Positions 1 through 9,251 of a DNA stretch of 49,603 nt are shown in pieces; the stretch's first letter is position 1; each line of letters opens with the position of its first letter. The position numbers and the translations under genes were made by a program. The stretch comes from Myxococcales bacterium (GTDB lineage: Bacteria > Myxococcota_A > UBA9042 > JABWCM01 > BTVJ01). Where the stretch lies: NCBI GenBank assembly GCA_045863395.1, contig BTVJ01000056.1, positions 1-49,603 on the forward strand, written 5' to 3'. The notes under the pieces were generated by a model. That model was not told where the DNA came from, made no database searches, and worked only from the letters and a program-made list of their open reading frames with translations.

Positions 1-79
<79 letters not shown>

Positions 80-360
80 GCCGCCGCAACTGGGACCCGT
101 CGGATCTCCCCGCCCTGCTGACGGCCTGACGACGGCGTGCGGCACGAGGGCCCCGCGTCGCAGCGGCGCGCGAATCGCAGGCGGCGTGCGGGACGCGGAC
201 GGCGCCGGCGCTGCCCGCCCCCCAGGGCGCCCCACCGGTTGCAGCGACCGGCGGCCAGGGGCTCTGCGCGTCCTTGCGGGGGCAGCGACGTGGGCGCTAG
301 TCTCTCCCATTGCCGACGGCGCCCCGCCGCGGCGACACCCCTCGCGAGCCCAGGACGCCC

Positions 361-1947
361 ATGAGGAGCTGCCCCACCTGCGAACGGCGGCACCCTGACG
401 GGGTGGAGCGCTGTCCCGACGACGGGACGCAGCTCGTGGCGCCCCAGACGGACCCGCTCGTCGGGCGCGAGCTGGACCGGCGCTTCACGCTTCAAGAGCG
501 GATCGGCGTGGGTGGCATGGGCGCCGTCTACCGGGCCCTGCAGCACTCCATGGCCCGGAGCGTCGCCATCAAGGTCCTGCACCCTTCGGGAGCGGACCCG
601 ACGGGCGCGACCCTGCGCTTTCAGCGGGAGGCGCGCGCCCTGAGCCGCCTGAGCCACCCCCACACCATCCGTGTCTTCGACTTCGGCCAGACAGAGGACG
701 GCCTCCTCTACCTGGTCATGGAGCTGCTCGACGGAGCACCGCTCAGCGCGCTGGTCAGGGAGGCCCCGGGTGGACTGGATGCGCGGCGAGCCGTCGATCT
801 GGTGGCGCAGGCCTGCGAGAGCGTGGCCGACGCCCACTGGGGGGGCGTGCTGCACCGGGATCTCAAGCCCGACAACCTGTTCGTGGGGACCCGCGTCGGG
901 CGGGCCGACTTCGTGACGGTCCTCGACTTCGGCATCTCGAAGGTCCTGGACGTGGCGGAGCCCGCGCTCACAGGGACGGGCGTGTCCTGCGGCACGCCCC
1001 TCTACATGAGCCCGGAGGCCGCCCTCGGGCAACCGGTGGATGGCCGCGCGGACGTCTACTCCCTGGGCGTGATCCTCTATGAATTGCTCACCGGGCGGCC
1101 CCCCTTCGACGGCGCGAGCGCCACCGCCGTGATGCTCCAGCAGGCCTCCGCCCGGCCGCCAGAGCTGCCCGCGAGCAACGCCTCAGGGCCCATCCCGGCG
1201 GCCTTGGGAGCCGCCGTCGCGCGGGCCCTGTCCAAGGAGCCAGGCATCCGCCAGCCGACCCCGCTGGCCTTGGCTGCGGAGATCCGCAGCGCCGTGCCGA
1301 CACCTGCCTCGGACCCGGCCCTGGCCGAGACCGCCATGGCCCCGACGGTGCCAGCGCGGTCAGCGCTCCGCGACACGGCGCCGGCGCGAGGCCGGCGCCC
1401 AGAGCCCGAGACAGCGAGCCCCGAGGGCAGCCGGGCGGAGGCACCAGCCGCGCCGCCAGCGGGGGCCGCGGCCCCGGAAGGAGCCCCGGGTCCCTCACCG
1501 GAGGCGGTGTTCGCCGGACCAGGGACGCTGACGCGCGGCACGCGCCTCGCCGGGCGCGCCCCCTCGCGGCGCCCGCTTCGTTGGCTCGGGTGGCTCGCCG
1601 TTGCGGGGGCGGCGTCCGTCGTCGCGCTCTCCCTGGAGTCACCCCCGTGGTCAGCCTCACCGGGTTCTGGTGCACGCGGCCCTGGCAAGGGGGCCACCCC
1701 TGAGGTCGGATCCCAAGCCACCGCTCCCCTCCCTGGGCCGGCTCTGGAAACGCCAGGCGGAGACCCTACCCCAGTGGCAGCGCCGTCTGCGGAGTCTCCG
1801 GCCGTCGCCCTCCCCCCCGGGACCGAGGCGCCCCTCTTCCCGGGGCTCAGCCGCCGCTCGGCCGAGCCTGAGGGCCCCCGCGCACCTCGCTACGGCGCAG
1901 CGGTGAAGCTGCCCGCGGGCTCCCTCGGAGCTCCCGCGGGCGGCTGA
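361..1947 (+). CDS. Hanks-type Ser/Thr protein kinase with N-terminal zinc ribbon and C-terminal TM/Pro-rich tail
   Basis: CPTC...CPDDG ribbon; IGVGGMGAVY, VAIKVL, HRDLKPDN, DFG, GTPLYMSPE, DVYSLG motifs; hydrophobic WLGWLAVAGAASVVAL segment. ATG at 361 chosen over the longer ORF start. Confidence 0.93.
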   Translation: MRSCPTCERRHPDGVERCPDDGTQLVAPQTDPLVGRELDRRFTLQERIGVGGMGAVYRALQHSMARSVAIKVLHPSGADPTGATLRFQREARALSRLSHPHTIRVFDFGQTEDGLLYLVMELLDGAPLSALVREAPGGLDARRAVDLVAQACESVADAHWGGVLHRDLKPDNLFVGTRVGRADFVTVLDFGISKVLDVAEPALTGTGVSCGTPLYMSPEAALGQPVDGRADVYSLGVILYELLTGRPPFDGASATAVMLQQASARPPELPASNASGPIPAALGAAVARALSKEPGIRQPTPLALAAEIRSAVPTPASDPALAETAMAPTVPARSALRDTAPARGRRPEPETASPEGSRAEAPAAPPAGAAAPEGAPGPSPEAVFAGPGTLTRGTRLAGRAPSRRPLRWLGWLAVAGAASVVALSLESPPWSASPGSGARGPGKGATPEVGSQATAPLPGPALETPGGDPTPVAAPSAESPAVALPPGTEAPLFPGLSRRSAEPEGPRAPRYGAAVKLPAGSLGAPAGG

Positions 1948-1956
1948 CCCAGCCTC

Positions 1957-3210
1957 TCAGCTCCGCCTTCGCCGCGGCCTGGGAGAGGCTGGGCGGGTCC
2001 CCACCTGCTCCGCCAGCGCGATGATCGGCTTCGGCAGCAGAACCCCTTTGAAGCGGTGGACGGCCACCGGGGCGGTCTCCAGGTCCTCCTGGCTCGCGCG
2101 GAGCCGGTCGCTCACCGCGAGGATGGCGTTGGGGGCACCCCCTCGACCCAGCCCCTTGAGCCGCGGCTCCAGGGAGCCCTTGCGCCAGAACCAGATGATC
2201 TCCAGCAGAGCGACCCGCCCGTCCTCGTGGCGGAGCGCGTAGTCGGGGATCAGTACGGCGCCGCCCCCGAGATCCACGATGCCGGGCTCCTCGTCCAGTG
2301 ACCAGGGCCCCCCGAGCTCCCGGAACCTGTCGGCGAACCATCGCTGCTCCTCGCTCTCCCAGACGCCCCGGTCCCTGACGTGGCTGACGAGGCCGTCGCT
2401 GGGACCGAGGGTCAGGGTGGCCCGGACGCGCTCGGTCCACTGCACCGTCGCCTTCAGGGACCACCCTGACTCCATGTTGAGGACGACGGGCAGAAAGGAG
2501 GCCATCTGGACGCCGTACTTCTGGGACAGGCGGAACAGGGACAGTGGCCCGTCGAGCACGATGCGCCAGCCCTCCCCTTCCCGGTTCACCGTGTGGATGA
2601 GCCCGAAGAAGCGCATGGAGCGGAACAGGGCGCGGTAGCGGGGCTGGGTCTGGCCCTCCACGGTCAGGACGAGCTCGGTCGCCTTGAGCAGCACGGCCTG
2701 GGCAAGCGCGGTGTTGTAGCGGTGGAGCAGCGCGTCGGGCTCCAGGGGCTCGAAGGCCATCAGGCGCTGCTCGTCCTTGAGGTCCGCGTGGAAGGCCTGC
2801 TCCACGTCCGCCGCCGTGACGCCCAGCTCCTTGGCCACCGCCGCGATCAGCTCGTCACGGTGGACGCCGCGCCCCTCGCCCCGGCCCTCCAGGCAGACGG
2901 GGCCCTCGGTGGCGGCCAGCAGGAAGAGCCGGCGCCGCACCTCCACCGGGTCCACCGCCGCGTGGGTGTCGAACTCCGAGCGGTCGAGGAGCACCTTGAC
3001 CAGGCCCCGGTAGAGCACGATGCGGGTGCTGTCACCGAAGACCCCCTCCAGGGCGTCGTCCAGAGCCCACCGCGGCCGCCCCACGTGCTGCTGGAAGATC
3101 TCCACCAGCTCGCGGGCGACCTCCAGCAGCGCGGGGTCATCAGGCCGGACCCACCGGGGGACGACCACCCCCTTGCGCACGTCGGCGCGGACCAGGTCAC
3201 CGGTAAGCAT
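1957..3210 (-). CDS. DUF790 family predicted endonuclease (Bax1-like)
   Basis: MLTGDL N-terminus, RYNTALAQAVL, LDGPLSLF..SQKYG, and a C-terminal PD-(D/E)xK-like IPDY...LLEIIWFW; overlaps the helicase stop. Confidence 0.85.
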   Translation of the reverse strand: MLTGDLVRADVRKGVVVPRWVRPDDPALLEVARELVEIFQQHVGRPRWALDDALEGVFGDSTRIVLYRGLVKVLLDRSEFDTHAAVDPVEVRRRLFLLAATEGPVCLEGRGEGRGVHRDELIAAVAKELGVTAADVEQAFHADLKDEQRLMAFEPLEPDALLHRYNTALAQAVLLKATELVLTVEGQTQPRYRALFRSMRFFGLIHTVNREGEGWRIVLDGPLSLFRLSQKYGVQMASFLPVVLNMESGWSLKATVQWTERVRATLTLGPSDGLVSHVRDRGVWESEEQRWFADRFRELGGPWSLDEEPGIVDLGGGAVLIPDYALRHEDGRVALLEIIWFWRKGSLEPRLKGLGRGGAPNAILAVSDRLRASQEDLETAPVAVHRFKGVLLPKPIIALAEQVGTRPASPRPRRRRS

Positions 3211-4558
3211 CGTGCTGCCTCCGGCGCCAGCTCTGGGCCTCCTCCACCGTGCCCGTCGTGATCACCTCGTAGAGCACCGCCTGCTTGTCCCCGTCGCGGC
3301 GAAGGATACGCCCCAGCCGCTGCACGTGCTCCCTCACCGTGCTGGTCCCGGACAGCACGATGCCCACTGCCGCCGACGGCACGTCCACCCCCTCGTTGAG
3401 CACCCGGCTCGTCACGATGGCGCGCAGCGTGCCATCACGAAAGCGGTCCAGGATCTCCTTGCGCTCCTTCGCGTCGGTCTGGTGGGTGATCGCCGGCACC
3501 AGCAGGGTCCGCGAGATCAGGTAGGCCGTGCGGTTGTCGTTGGTGAAGATCAGCGCGCGGTCCCCATGGTGGTGGCGGAGCAGCGACTCGACAACCCGGA
3601 GCTTCGCACGGGGAGCCTGGGCGATGCCCTTCTGCTCCCGGTGCGCCTGGAAGGCGCGGCGCCCCGCCCGGCTGCGCGACGCCGCCTGCAGGAAGTTGCG
3701 CCAGCCGTCGTGGCCACGAAGCGAGATGCGGTTCTCGTCCACGAACCCGCGGAACAGAGCCCGCGCCTCGTCGTAGCGGGCGCGCTCGTCGCTATCCAGC
3801 TCCACCTCGAGGGTCTCGACGGTGTACTCGGCGAGGATGTCCCCCCGCAGCTCCGTCACGTCCCGCCGGTAGCAGGGCGGGCCCACGAGAGCATCGAGGA
3901 TGGCGTGGGCGCCGTCCTCCCGCTCCAGGGTGGCCGTCAGGCCCAGGCGGAACGGCGCGAGGGAGCCCTCCGCCGCCTGGGAGTAGGCAGGACCCGGCAA
4001 GTGGTGCACCTCGTCGAAGATCAAGAGGCCGAAGCGGTTGCCCAGGCGCTCCAGGTGGATATAGGCGGAGTCGTAGGTGGTGACCGTAACATCCCGGAGG
4101 TCGTAGTTCCCTCCCCCGACGAGCCCCACCTCGATGCCGAAGGCCATGCAGAGGCGGTCGTACCACTGGTTGAGCAGCTCGATGGTCGGCACCACTACGA
4201 GCGTGCTCCTCTGTGCCGCAAGCATGGCAAGCTCCGCCACGTAGCTCTTGCCGGCGCCGGTGGGCAGCACCACGGTTCCACGCCGCCCGGCGGCGACCCA
4301 CGCAGCGACGGCCTCCGTCTGGTGGGGGAACGGCTCCCGGTGGGCGTGGTGGACGAGCGACAGGGTGGAGAAGGCGCGGGCCTCGTCGGTCCAGGGGGCG
4401 CGGGCGCGGTGCAGGGCGGTGGCGACCTCCCTGTAGCAGCGGGCTGGCGCGCGCAGGCGACCGACGCGGGGGTCGACGACGAATCCGTCGGGCAACCACC
4501 CGTCCTCCGGGGTGCCCTCGATGAGCAGCGTTCCCTTGTCCCAGCGCAGAGTGATCAT
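3197..4558 (-). CDS. XPB/Rad25-like superfamily 2 DEAH-type helicase
   Basis: LPTGAGKS (motif I), DEVHH (II), LTAT (III), LNEGVDVP (V), QRLGRILR (VI). Confidence 0.92.
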   Translation of the reverse strand: MITLRWDKGTLLIEGTPEDGWLPDGFVVDPRVGRLRAPARCYREVATALHRARAPWTDEARAFSTLSLVHHAHREPFPHQTEAVAAWVAAGRRGTVVLPTGAGKSYVAELAMLAAQRSTLVVVPTIELLNQWYDRLCMAFGIEVGLVGGGNYDLRDVTVTTYDSAYIHLERLGNRFGLLIFDEVHHLPGPAYSQAAEGSLAPFRLGLTATLEREDGAHAILDALVGPPCYRRDVTELRGDILAEYTVETLEVELDSDERARYDEARALFRGFVDENRISLRGHDGWRNFLQAASRSRAGRRAFQAHREQKGIAQAPRAKLRVVESLLRHHHGDRALIFTNDNRTAYLISRTLLVPAITHQTDAKERKEILDRFRDGTLRAIVTSRVLNEGVDVPSAAVGIVLSGTSTVREHVQRLGRILRRDGDKQAVLYEVITTGTVEEAQSWRRRQHDAYR

Positions 4559-4736
4559 GAGCTGCCGACCCTAACGTGCCTGTGCCCTCGCGTCCAGGCC
4601 CGCCCTCGGGGCCGGCGCGACGGGCGCAACGGGGCGCGTGCTCGTCCCCCTGCGCCCGACGTTGCCCGCGTTCTCGGAGCGCCCCGTCTGTGGCGCTGCG
4701 TACAGCCGGGGTGTATCCTCCCGGGCCGGAGGCGCG

Positions 4737-5045
4737 ATGAGGCGGCTGTTTGCGACAGTGATGGTCCTCGTGGGGTGCGACGTCCAGCCCGGCGCGGGGG
4801 ACGAGTGCAGCTCGTTCTCGGGCTCGGACTGCGAGAAGATCGTGCAGTGCTGTGACTTCGTCCAGTCGAACAACCCGAGCGGCACGGCGGCGCAGGCGTG
4901 CGTCCTGAAGCGACCCGTCGCGGCCGCTGCGAAGGCGTCGGGCGACCCGACCGACGATGCCCAGTGCGCGACCATGGTGAAGGACGCCGCCTTCGCCGAG
5001 TGTGAGCTGACGTGCGAGAGCATATCGGCATCTGGAGGTGACTAG
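4737..5045 (+). CDS. Small Cys-rich lipoprotein
   Basis: GGAGG RBS; MRRLFATVMVLVGC lipobox; 8 further Cys; stop overlaps the next start codon. Confidence 0.7.
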   Translation: MRRLFATVMVLVGCDVQPGAGDECSSFSGSDCEKIVQCCDFVQSNNPSGTAAQACVLKRPVAAAAKASGDPTDDAQCATMVKDAAFAECELTCESISASGGD

Positions 5046-5839
5046 TGGCCGGACGAGGGTGGCTGCTCATCGCATTGCTGCTGGCGTGCGACAAGGACGA
5101 CGGCACACGGGGCTGGGCAGTGGCCTCGTCGGGCAGCGACGGCGCGACGAGCGCTGAGGACACAGCGGGGAGCGCCGACACGGGCGGGTCGGGGACCCAG
5201 GGTGCGACGGACTCCGCGACGGGTGATGCGACCGCGGCAGCGACCAGCGACAGCGCGGGCGACACGGCTGAGCCGGGGGGCGACGGCGGCGTCGCCACGA
5301 CCGACGGCCACGGGTCCCCCGCGGGGGACTCCGTGGCATCCGAGGAGGTCCACGAGGGGGTCAACGAGCCCCCCGTGTTCTCCCTGATGGACCTCAACCC
5401 GGCGAGCGGGAGCTACACCCAGACCCTGGGCAGCGGCAAGCTGAGCGGCAAGCTGGTGCTGGCGGTGTTCCACAACGCGGCGGACAGCGACAGCCGGGCG
5501 CGCGCCGTGGCCCTTGAGCAGCTCCGGGCGAGCTACGAGGGCCACGAGGGACCGGCGCCCGCCATCGTCGCCATCAATGAGCTGGGGACTGGCGCGTCCA
5601 TCACCGGCTACGTGGAGCAGGGGTCTACGACCGTCCAGTTCCCCGTGCTCCAGGACACGGAGGTGGACGCCGTGTGGCTGAAGTTCGGAGCCGAGCGCCA
5701 GGACATGCTCCTCCTCGACCTCCAGGCCGGGCTACCGGGCGCCATCGTGCGCTACTGGACCGGGGCGGACCAGCTCGACCCCACCGACTCGACCCAGCGG
5801 GCCGCGCTGCAGCAGGCCATCGCGACCTGGCTCAAGTGA
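5045..5839 (+). CDS. Lipoprotein with acidic linker and thioredoxin/AhpC-like domain lacking CxxC
   Basis: LLIALLLAC lipobox; S/G/D/T-rich linker; PVFSLMDLN...GKLVLAVF...AIVAINE...FPVLQD pattern of the AhpC/TSA fold. Confidence 0.7.
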   Translation: MAGRGWLLIALLLACDKDDGTRGWAVASSGSDGATSAEDTAGSADTGGSGTQGATDSATGDATAAATSDSAGDTAEPGGDGGVATTDGHGSPAGDSVASEEVHEGVNEPPVFSLMDLNPASGSYTQTLGSGKLSGKLVLAVFHNAADSDSRARAVALEQLRASYEGHEGPAPAIVAINELGTGASITGYVEQGSTTVQFPVLQDTEVDAVWLKFGAERQDMLLLDLQAGLPGAIVRYWTGADQLDPTDSTQRAALQQAIATWLK

Positions 5840-7488
5840 ACGCCGTCTGGGTCCTCGACACGGGGCTCCCGGACGACCCCATCACGGACCGCCCCTCAGC
5901 CACGCTGGACGAGCAGTGCAGGCAGGCCGCCCTTCGCATCCTGGAGCGGCGTCCCGCCCTCCGGCGCCAGGTCGACGGCCTCTACTTCGGCTCCATGGGC
6001 ATCTTTGCCGGCGACACCCGCGGGCGTCGCGTGCCGTCCCACATTCCGCGCTTCCTGCGCGAAGAGCTGGGCCTGACCGCGCTGCGCGAGGGGGGGCTCT
6101 ACGGGTACGCGAGCACCTCCGAGTCGGGGGGGGTAGCGCTGCTGCGGGCCTTCCGGGACGTGGCGCGCGGCCACACCCGCACGGCGCTTGTCGTGGCCGG
6201 CGAGCAGATGTTCAGCGTCGACCGCGCTTCACGCCCGGAGGACCGTCGCGGCGTCGCGGCGTGGATCCGGGGCGTCCTGGACCCACGGGAGGCACACCCC
6301 TACGGCCTGTCCATGCTCGCCATCGGCGACCTCCTGATGGACCACCTGGCGTGGGGCTCCGGGCTGCCCGCCTCCGACTGGCGTGCCGTGCTCGAGACCG
6401 TGGCGCTGGACAAGTACCGCCGGGCCGCGCTCCACTCCCACACAATGCATGGGGCGAAGGAGCGGGCCCGGGGAGCGGTCGTGGACCTGGCGACCTACCG
6501 CGACGAGCGCGCCAACCCCTGGGCGAGCCCGTGGTTCCGGCGAGACGACGTGTGCGCCAGCGCCAATGGCGCGACGGCGCTCCTGCTGACCTCGGACCCG
6601 GGCCTGCTCCCCGCCGAGGGACCCAGGGCACGCATCGCCGCGATGGGGGAGGGCTCCGCAGCAGTCCACTTCGCTGGGCGCCCTGGGCCGCTCCGGCGCT
6701 TCGGCGCCATCCGGGCGTCGCTCCGCCAGCTCCTGAGGAGCGGCCCTGGCCTGGGGCTGCTCCGGGATCCCGCGTTGAGCGCCGCCCTGCTCCACGACGC
6801 CTTCCCGTCCATCGAGCTCGCCTTCCTGACCGAGCTGGCCCCTCGGCACTCCTGGCGGTGGGCCCTGGAGCGGCTCATCGGAGGCTGGACCAACCCCCTC
6901 GGCGGGCTCTGCGGCGGCGGGCATGCGCTGGGAAACTCGGGGCTCTTCCAGGCCGCGAAGGCGGCGCAGCTCCTGCTCGACGACCGGAGGCACCTGCTGC
7001 CGGGGGCCCCGGAGAGCGCCGCAATCTATCTGCTCACCAACGTGGGGAGCGCTCTGACCAGCGTGGTCAGCACGGTGCTGTGCGACGACTCCCGGCCCGA
7101 GGTAGTGGAGGCGCTGAGGCGTCCCGCCACGCGGCTCGCGTTCGCCCCCGCGACGAGCGGCCCTCCCCTTGGGGTTGCCGCCACCGCCCTCGACCCGGAC
7201 GAGCTGATCGTGGCCGCCCGCACCAAGGTGACCCTCGAGGGCGAGCCTCGGTGGGTCCTGCTGGGCGCCGGCACAGCGGGTACGCGGTTCGTGCTCCACG
7301 CGCCGCAGGAGGCACCCGCCATTGGCACCGTGGTGCGCGTCGTGCCTCGGGGTGACCGAGTGGTCGTCGCCGCGGTGGAGCGTCCAGTCCTGTCCGCTCC
7401 GATCATGGCTCGGGAGGACGTGGAGGCGGTGCGCACCGCGGTCGCGACGGTCCGCTCGGGTAGGCTGGCTCCCCGGATCGGCGCATGA
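5836..7488 (+). CDS. Thiolase-like (SCP2/Ltp2-type) protein with C-terminal extension
   Basis: GTGA overlap with the upstream gene; ALVVAGEQM, NGATALLL, HDAF and NPLGGL..GHALGNSG thiolase motifs; the usual CASG Cys position reads TSESGG. Confidence 0.75.
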   Translation: MNAVWVLDTGLPDDPITDRPSATLDEQCRQAALRILERRPALRRQVDGLYFGSMGIFAGDTRGRRVPSHIPRFLREELGLTALREGGLYGYASTSESGGVALLRAFRDVARGHTRTALVVAGEQMFSVDRASRPEDRRGVAAWIRGVLDPREAHPYGLSMLAIGDLLMDHLAWGSGLPASDWRAVLETVALDKYRRAALHSHTMHGAKERARGAVVDLATYRDERANPWASPWFRRDDVCASANGATALLLTSDPGLLPAEGPRARIAAMGEGSAAVHFAGRPGPLRRFGAIRASLRQLLRSGPGLGLLRDPALSAALLHDAFPSIELAFLTELAPRHSWRWALERLIGGWTNPLGGLCGGGHALGNSGLFQAAKAAQLLLDDRRHLLPGAPESAAIYLLTNVGSALTSVVSTVLCDDSRPEVVEALRRPATRLAFAPATSGPPLGVAATALDPDELIVAARTKVTLEGEPRWVLLGAGTAGTRFVLHAPQEAPAIGTVVRVVPRGDRVVVAAVERPVLSAPIMAREDVEAVRTAVATVRSGRLAPRIGA

Positions 7489-7515
7489 TCGCGTCAGAGC
7501 GGCGACCCGGGCAGC

Positions 7516-7902
7516 CTACACCCGCTCCCAGGCCCTGCGGATGCGGTTCTCCACGTCCTCGGCGAGGGGGCCCAGGTCGTCGCGCCGGATGAGCTGGAAG
7601 ATGGCTCTGGGGCTGGCGAACTTGACCATGGCGCCCGCCTCCTCCTCCCACACCACCACGTTGCAGGGCAGGAGCAGGCCGATGTCCAGGTCAGCGCTCA
7701 GGGCGGCGTGGGCGATCTTCGGCTGGCAGGCCCCGAGGATGGCGTAGGGCCGGAAGTCCACGTCCAGCTTCTCTTTCATCGTCTTGCGGACGTCGATCTC
7801 CGTGATCACGCCGAAGCCCTGCTCCTTGAGAGCCGCGGTCACCCGCAGTATGGCCTCCTCATAGCTCACACCTTCGAGCAGCTTGCCGTATCCGAGCTCC
7901 AT
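7516..7902 (-). CDS. DUF302 domain protein
   Basis: LKEQGFGVITEIDV, YAILGACQP, IGLLLPCNVVV; AGGAGG RBS. Confidence 0.92.
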   Translation of the reverse strand: MELGYGKLLEGVSYEEAILRVTAALKEQGFGVITEIDVRKTMKEKLDVDFRPYAILGACQPKIAHAALSADLDIGLLLPCNVVVWEEEAGAMVKFASPRAIFQLIRRDDLGPLAEDVENRIRRAWERV

Positions 7903-7968
7903 GGTGTCCTCCTGTCCGTGTCGAGGGTCGAGTGGGCCCGAGCAGAGCCAACAGCCGCGCTCGTAGGT

Positions 7969-9096
7969 TCACGCCCGTGCGCGCGCCATGAACCGCTCCT
8001 TCAGCTCCCGCGGCGTCATGGTCGGGCGGCCCAGGTCAGACCTGGCGCCCTTGCAGACCCGGATCTCCAGGAAGCCGGGGCCGTCGCCAGCCACGAAGCC
8101 TGGCAGCACGTCGCGCAGCTCCTCCTCGCTGCTCACCCGCACCGTGCTTGCGTACCCGCACGCCGCCGCGACGGCACAGAGATCCACCTGGAAGGCGACG
8201 GTCGGCTGGCCGCCCACGCTGTCGTGGGCGCCGTTGTTGACCACGATGTGCCGGTAGTTCCTCGGCGCAAGGGTCCCCACCATGCCGAGGGAGCCCATGT
8301 GCATAAGGACGGCGCCGTCCCCATCCAGGCAGACCACCGTGCGCTCGGGGCGCTCCAGGGCCACCCCCAGCGCGATCTGCGAGGTGTGGCCCATGGAGCC
8401 GACGGTCAGGAAGTCGCCGTCATGTGGCTCCCCGCGCAGCTCACGCTGCTCGAAGAGCTCCCGGGACGGCATGCCCGTGGTGGAGACGATGAGCGTGTCG
8501 GCCGGGAGAGCCGTCGCCACGAGGCCGATGGCGTGCTCCCGGGTCATGGGGTACACGTCGGGGGCAGCGCTCTGGAGCTTGTACTTGGCGAAGGTCCCCT
8601 TGCGGACCAGCAGCGCGAAGGGCGCCGAGCGCTCGCGGGCCCATGACAGTGCGCGCTCGAGCACGGGCAGCGCCTCGTCCATGGTGTCGGGGAGCACGGC
8701 CTGCTCGACGCCCAGGGCCGTGACCACGTCGGGCGTGATGCGCCCCATCTTCACGTGCTGGGGCTCGTCCTTGACCCCCGGCTCGCCCCGCCAGCCGACG
8801 ATCAGCAGCATGGGGATGCCATAGACCTCCGGGTCCGCCAGGGACGTCACCGGGTTGACCGTGTTGCCCAGCCCTGAGTTCTGCATGTAGACGACGGGCA
8901 CCCTCCCGGTCGCCAGGTGGTGCCCTGCGGCGAGACCCACGGCCCCGCCCTCGTTGGCGGCGATCACGTGGCGCTCGGCCGGCGCGTGGTCGGTCACGTA
9001 GGCGCAGAGGTCCTTGAGCAGGGAGTCGGGCACGCCCGTGAAGAACGACACGCCCCGCGCCTCCAGGGCCGAGAAGAAGTCACCAGGATGGATCAT
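7969..9096 (-). CDS. aepY: Phosphonopyruvate decarboxylase (ThDP-dependent)
   Basis: FFTGVPDSLLK, AANEGGA, YMQNSGLGN, DEPQH, STTG..SRELFE, DFLTVGSMGH, DGDGA..MHMG, NNGAHDSVGGQPT; GAGGAGG RBS before ATG 9096. Confidence 0.88.
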   Translation of the reverse strand: MIHPGDFFSALEARGVSFFTGVPDSLLKDLCAYVTDHAPAERHVIAANEGGAVGLAAGHHLATGRVPVVYMQNSGLGNTVNPVTSLADPEVYGIPMLLIVGWRGEPGVKDEPQHVKMGRITPDVVTALGVEQAVLPDTMDEALPVLERALSWARERSAPFALLVRKGTFAKYKLQSAAPDVYPMTREHAIGLVATALPADTLIVSTTGMPSRELFEQRELRGEPHDGDFLTVGSMGHTSQIALGVALERPERTVVCLDGDGAVLMHMGSLGMVGTLAPRNYRHIVVNNGAHDSVGGQPTVAFQVDLCAVAAACGYASTVRVSSEEELRDVLPGFVAGDGPGFLEIRVCKGARSDLGRPTMTPRELKERFMARARA

Positions 9097-9251
9097 CGCA
9101 CACCTCCTCGCGGGTCCGGCCCGCATCGCGCGCAAACCTATTCCAATCCGGGGCGGCGGTCGACCCCATAGACACGACGGCCCACAGGCGGTACGGTAGG
9201 TGGCACGGAAGCCGGTGGGAACTGCCTGGGCGCGACGCCCCGGACCTGACC

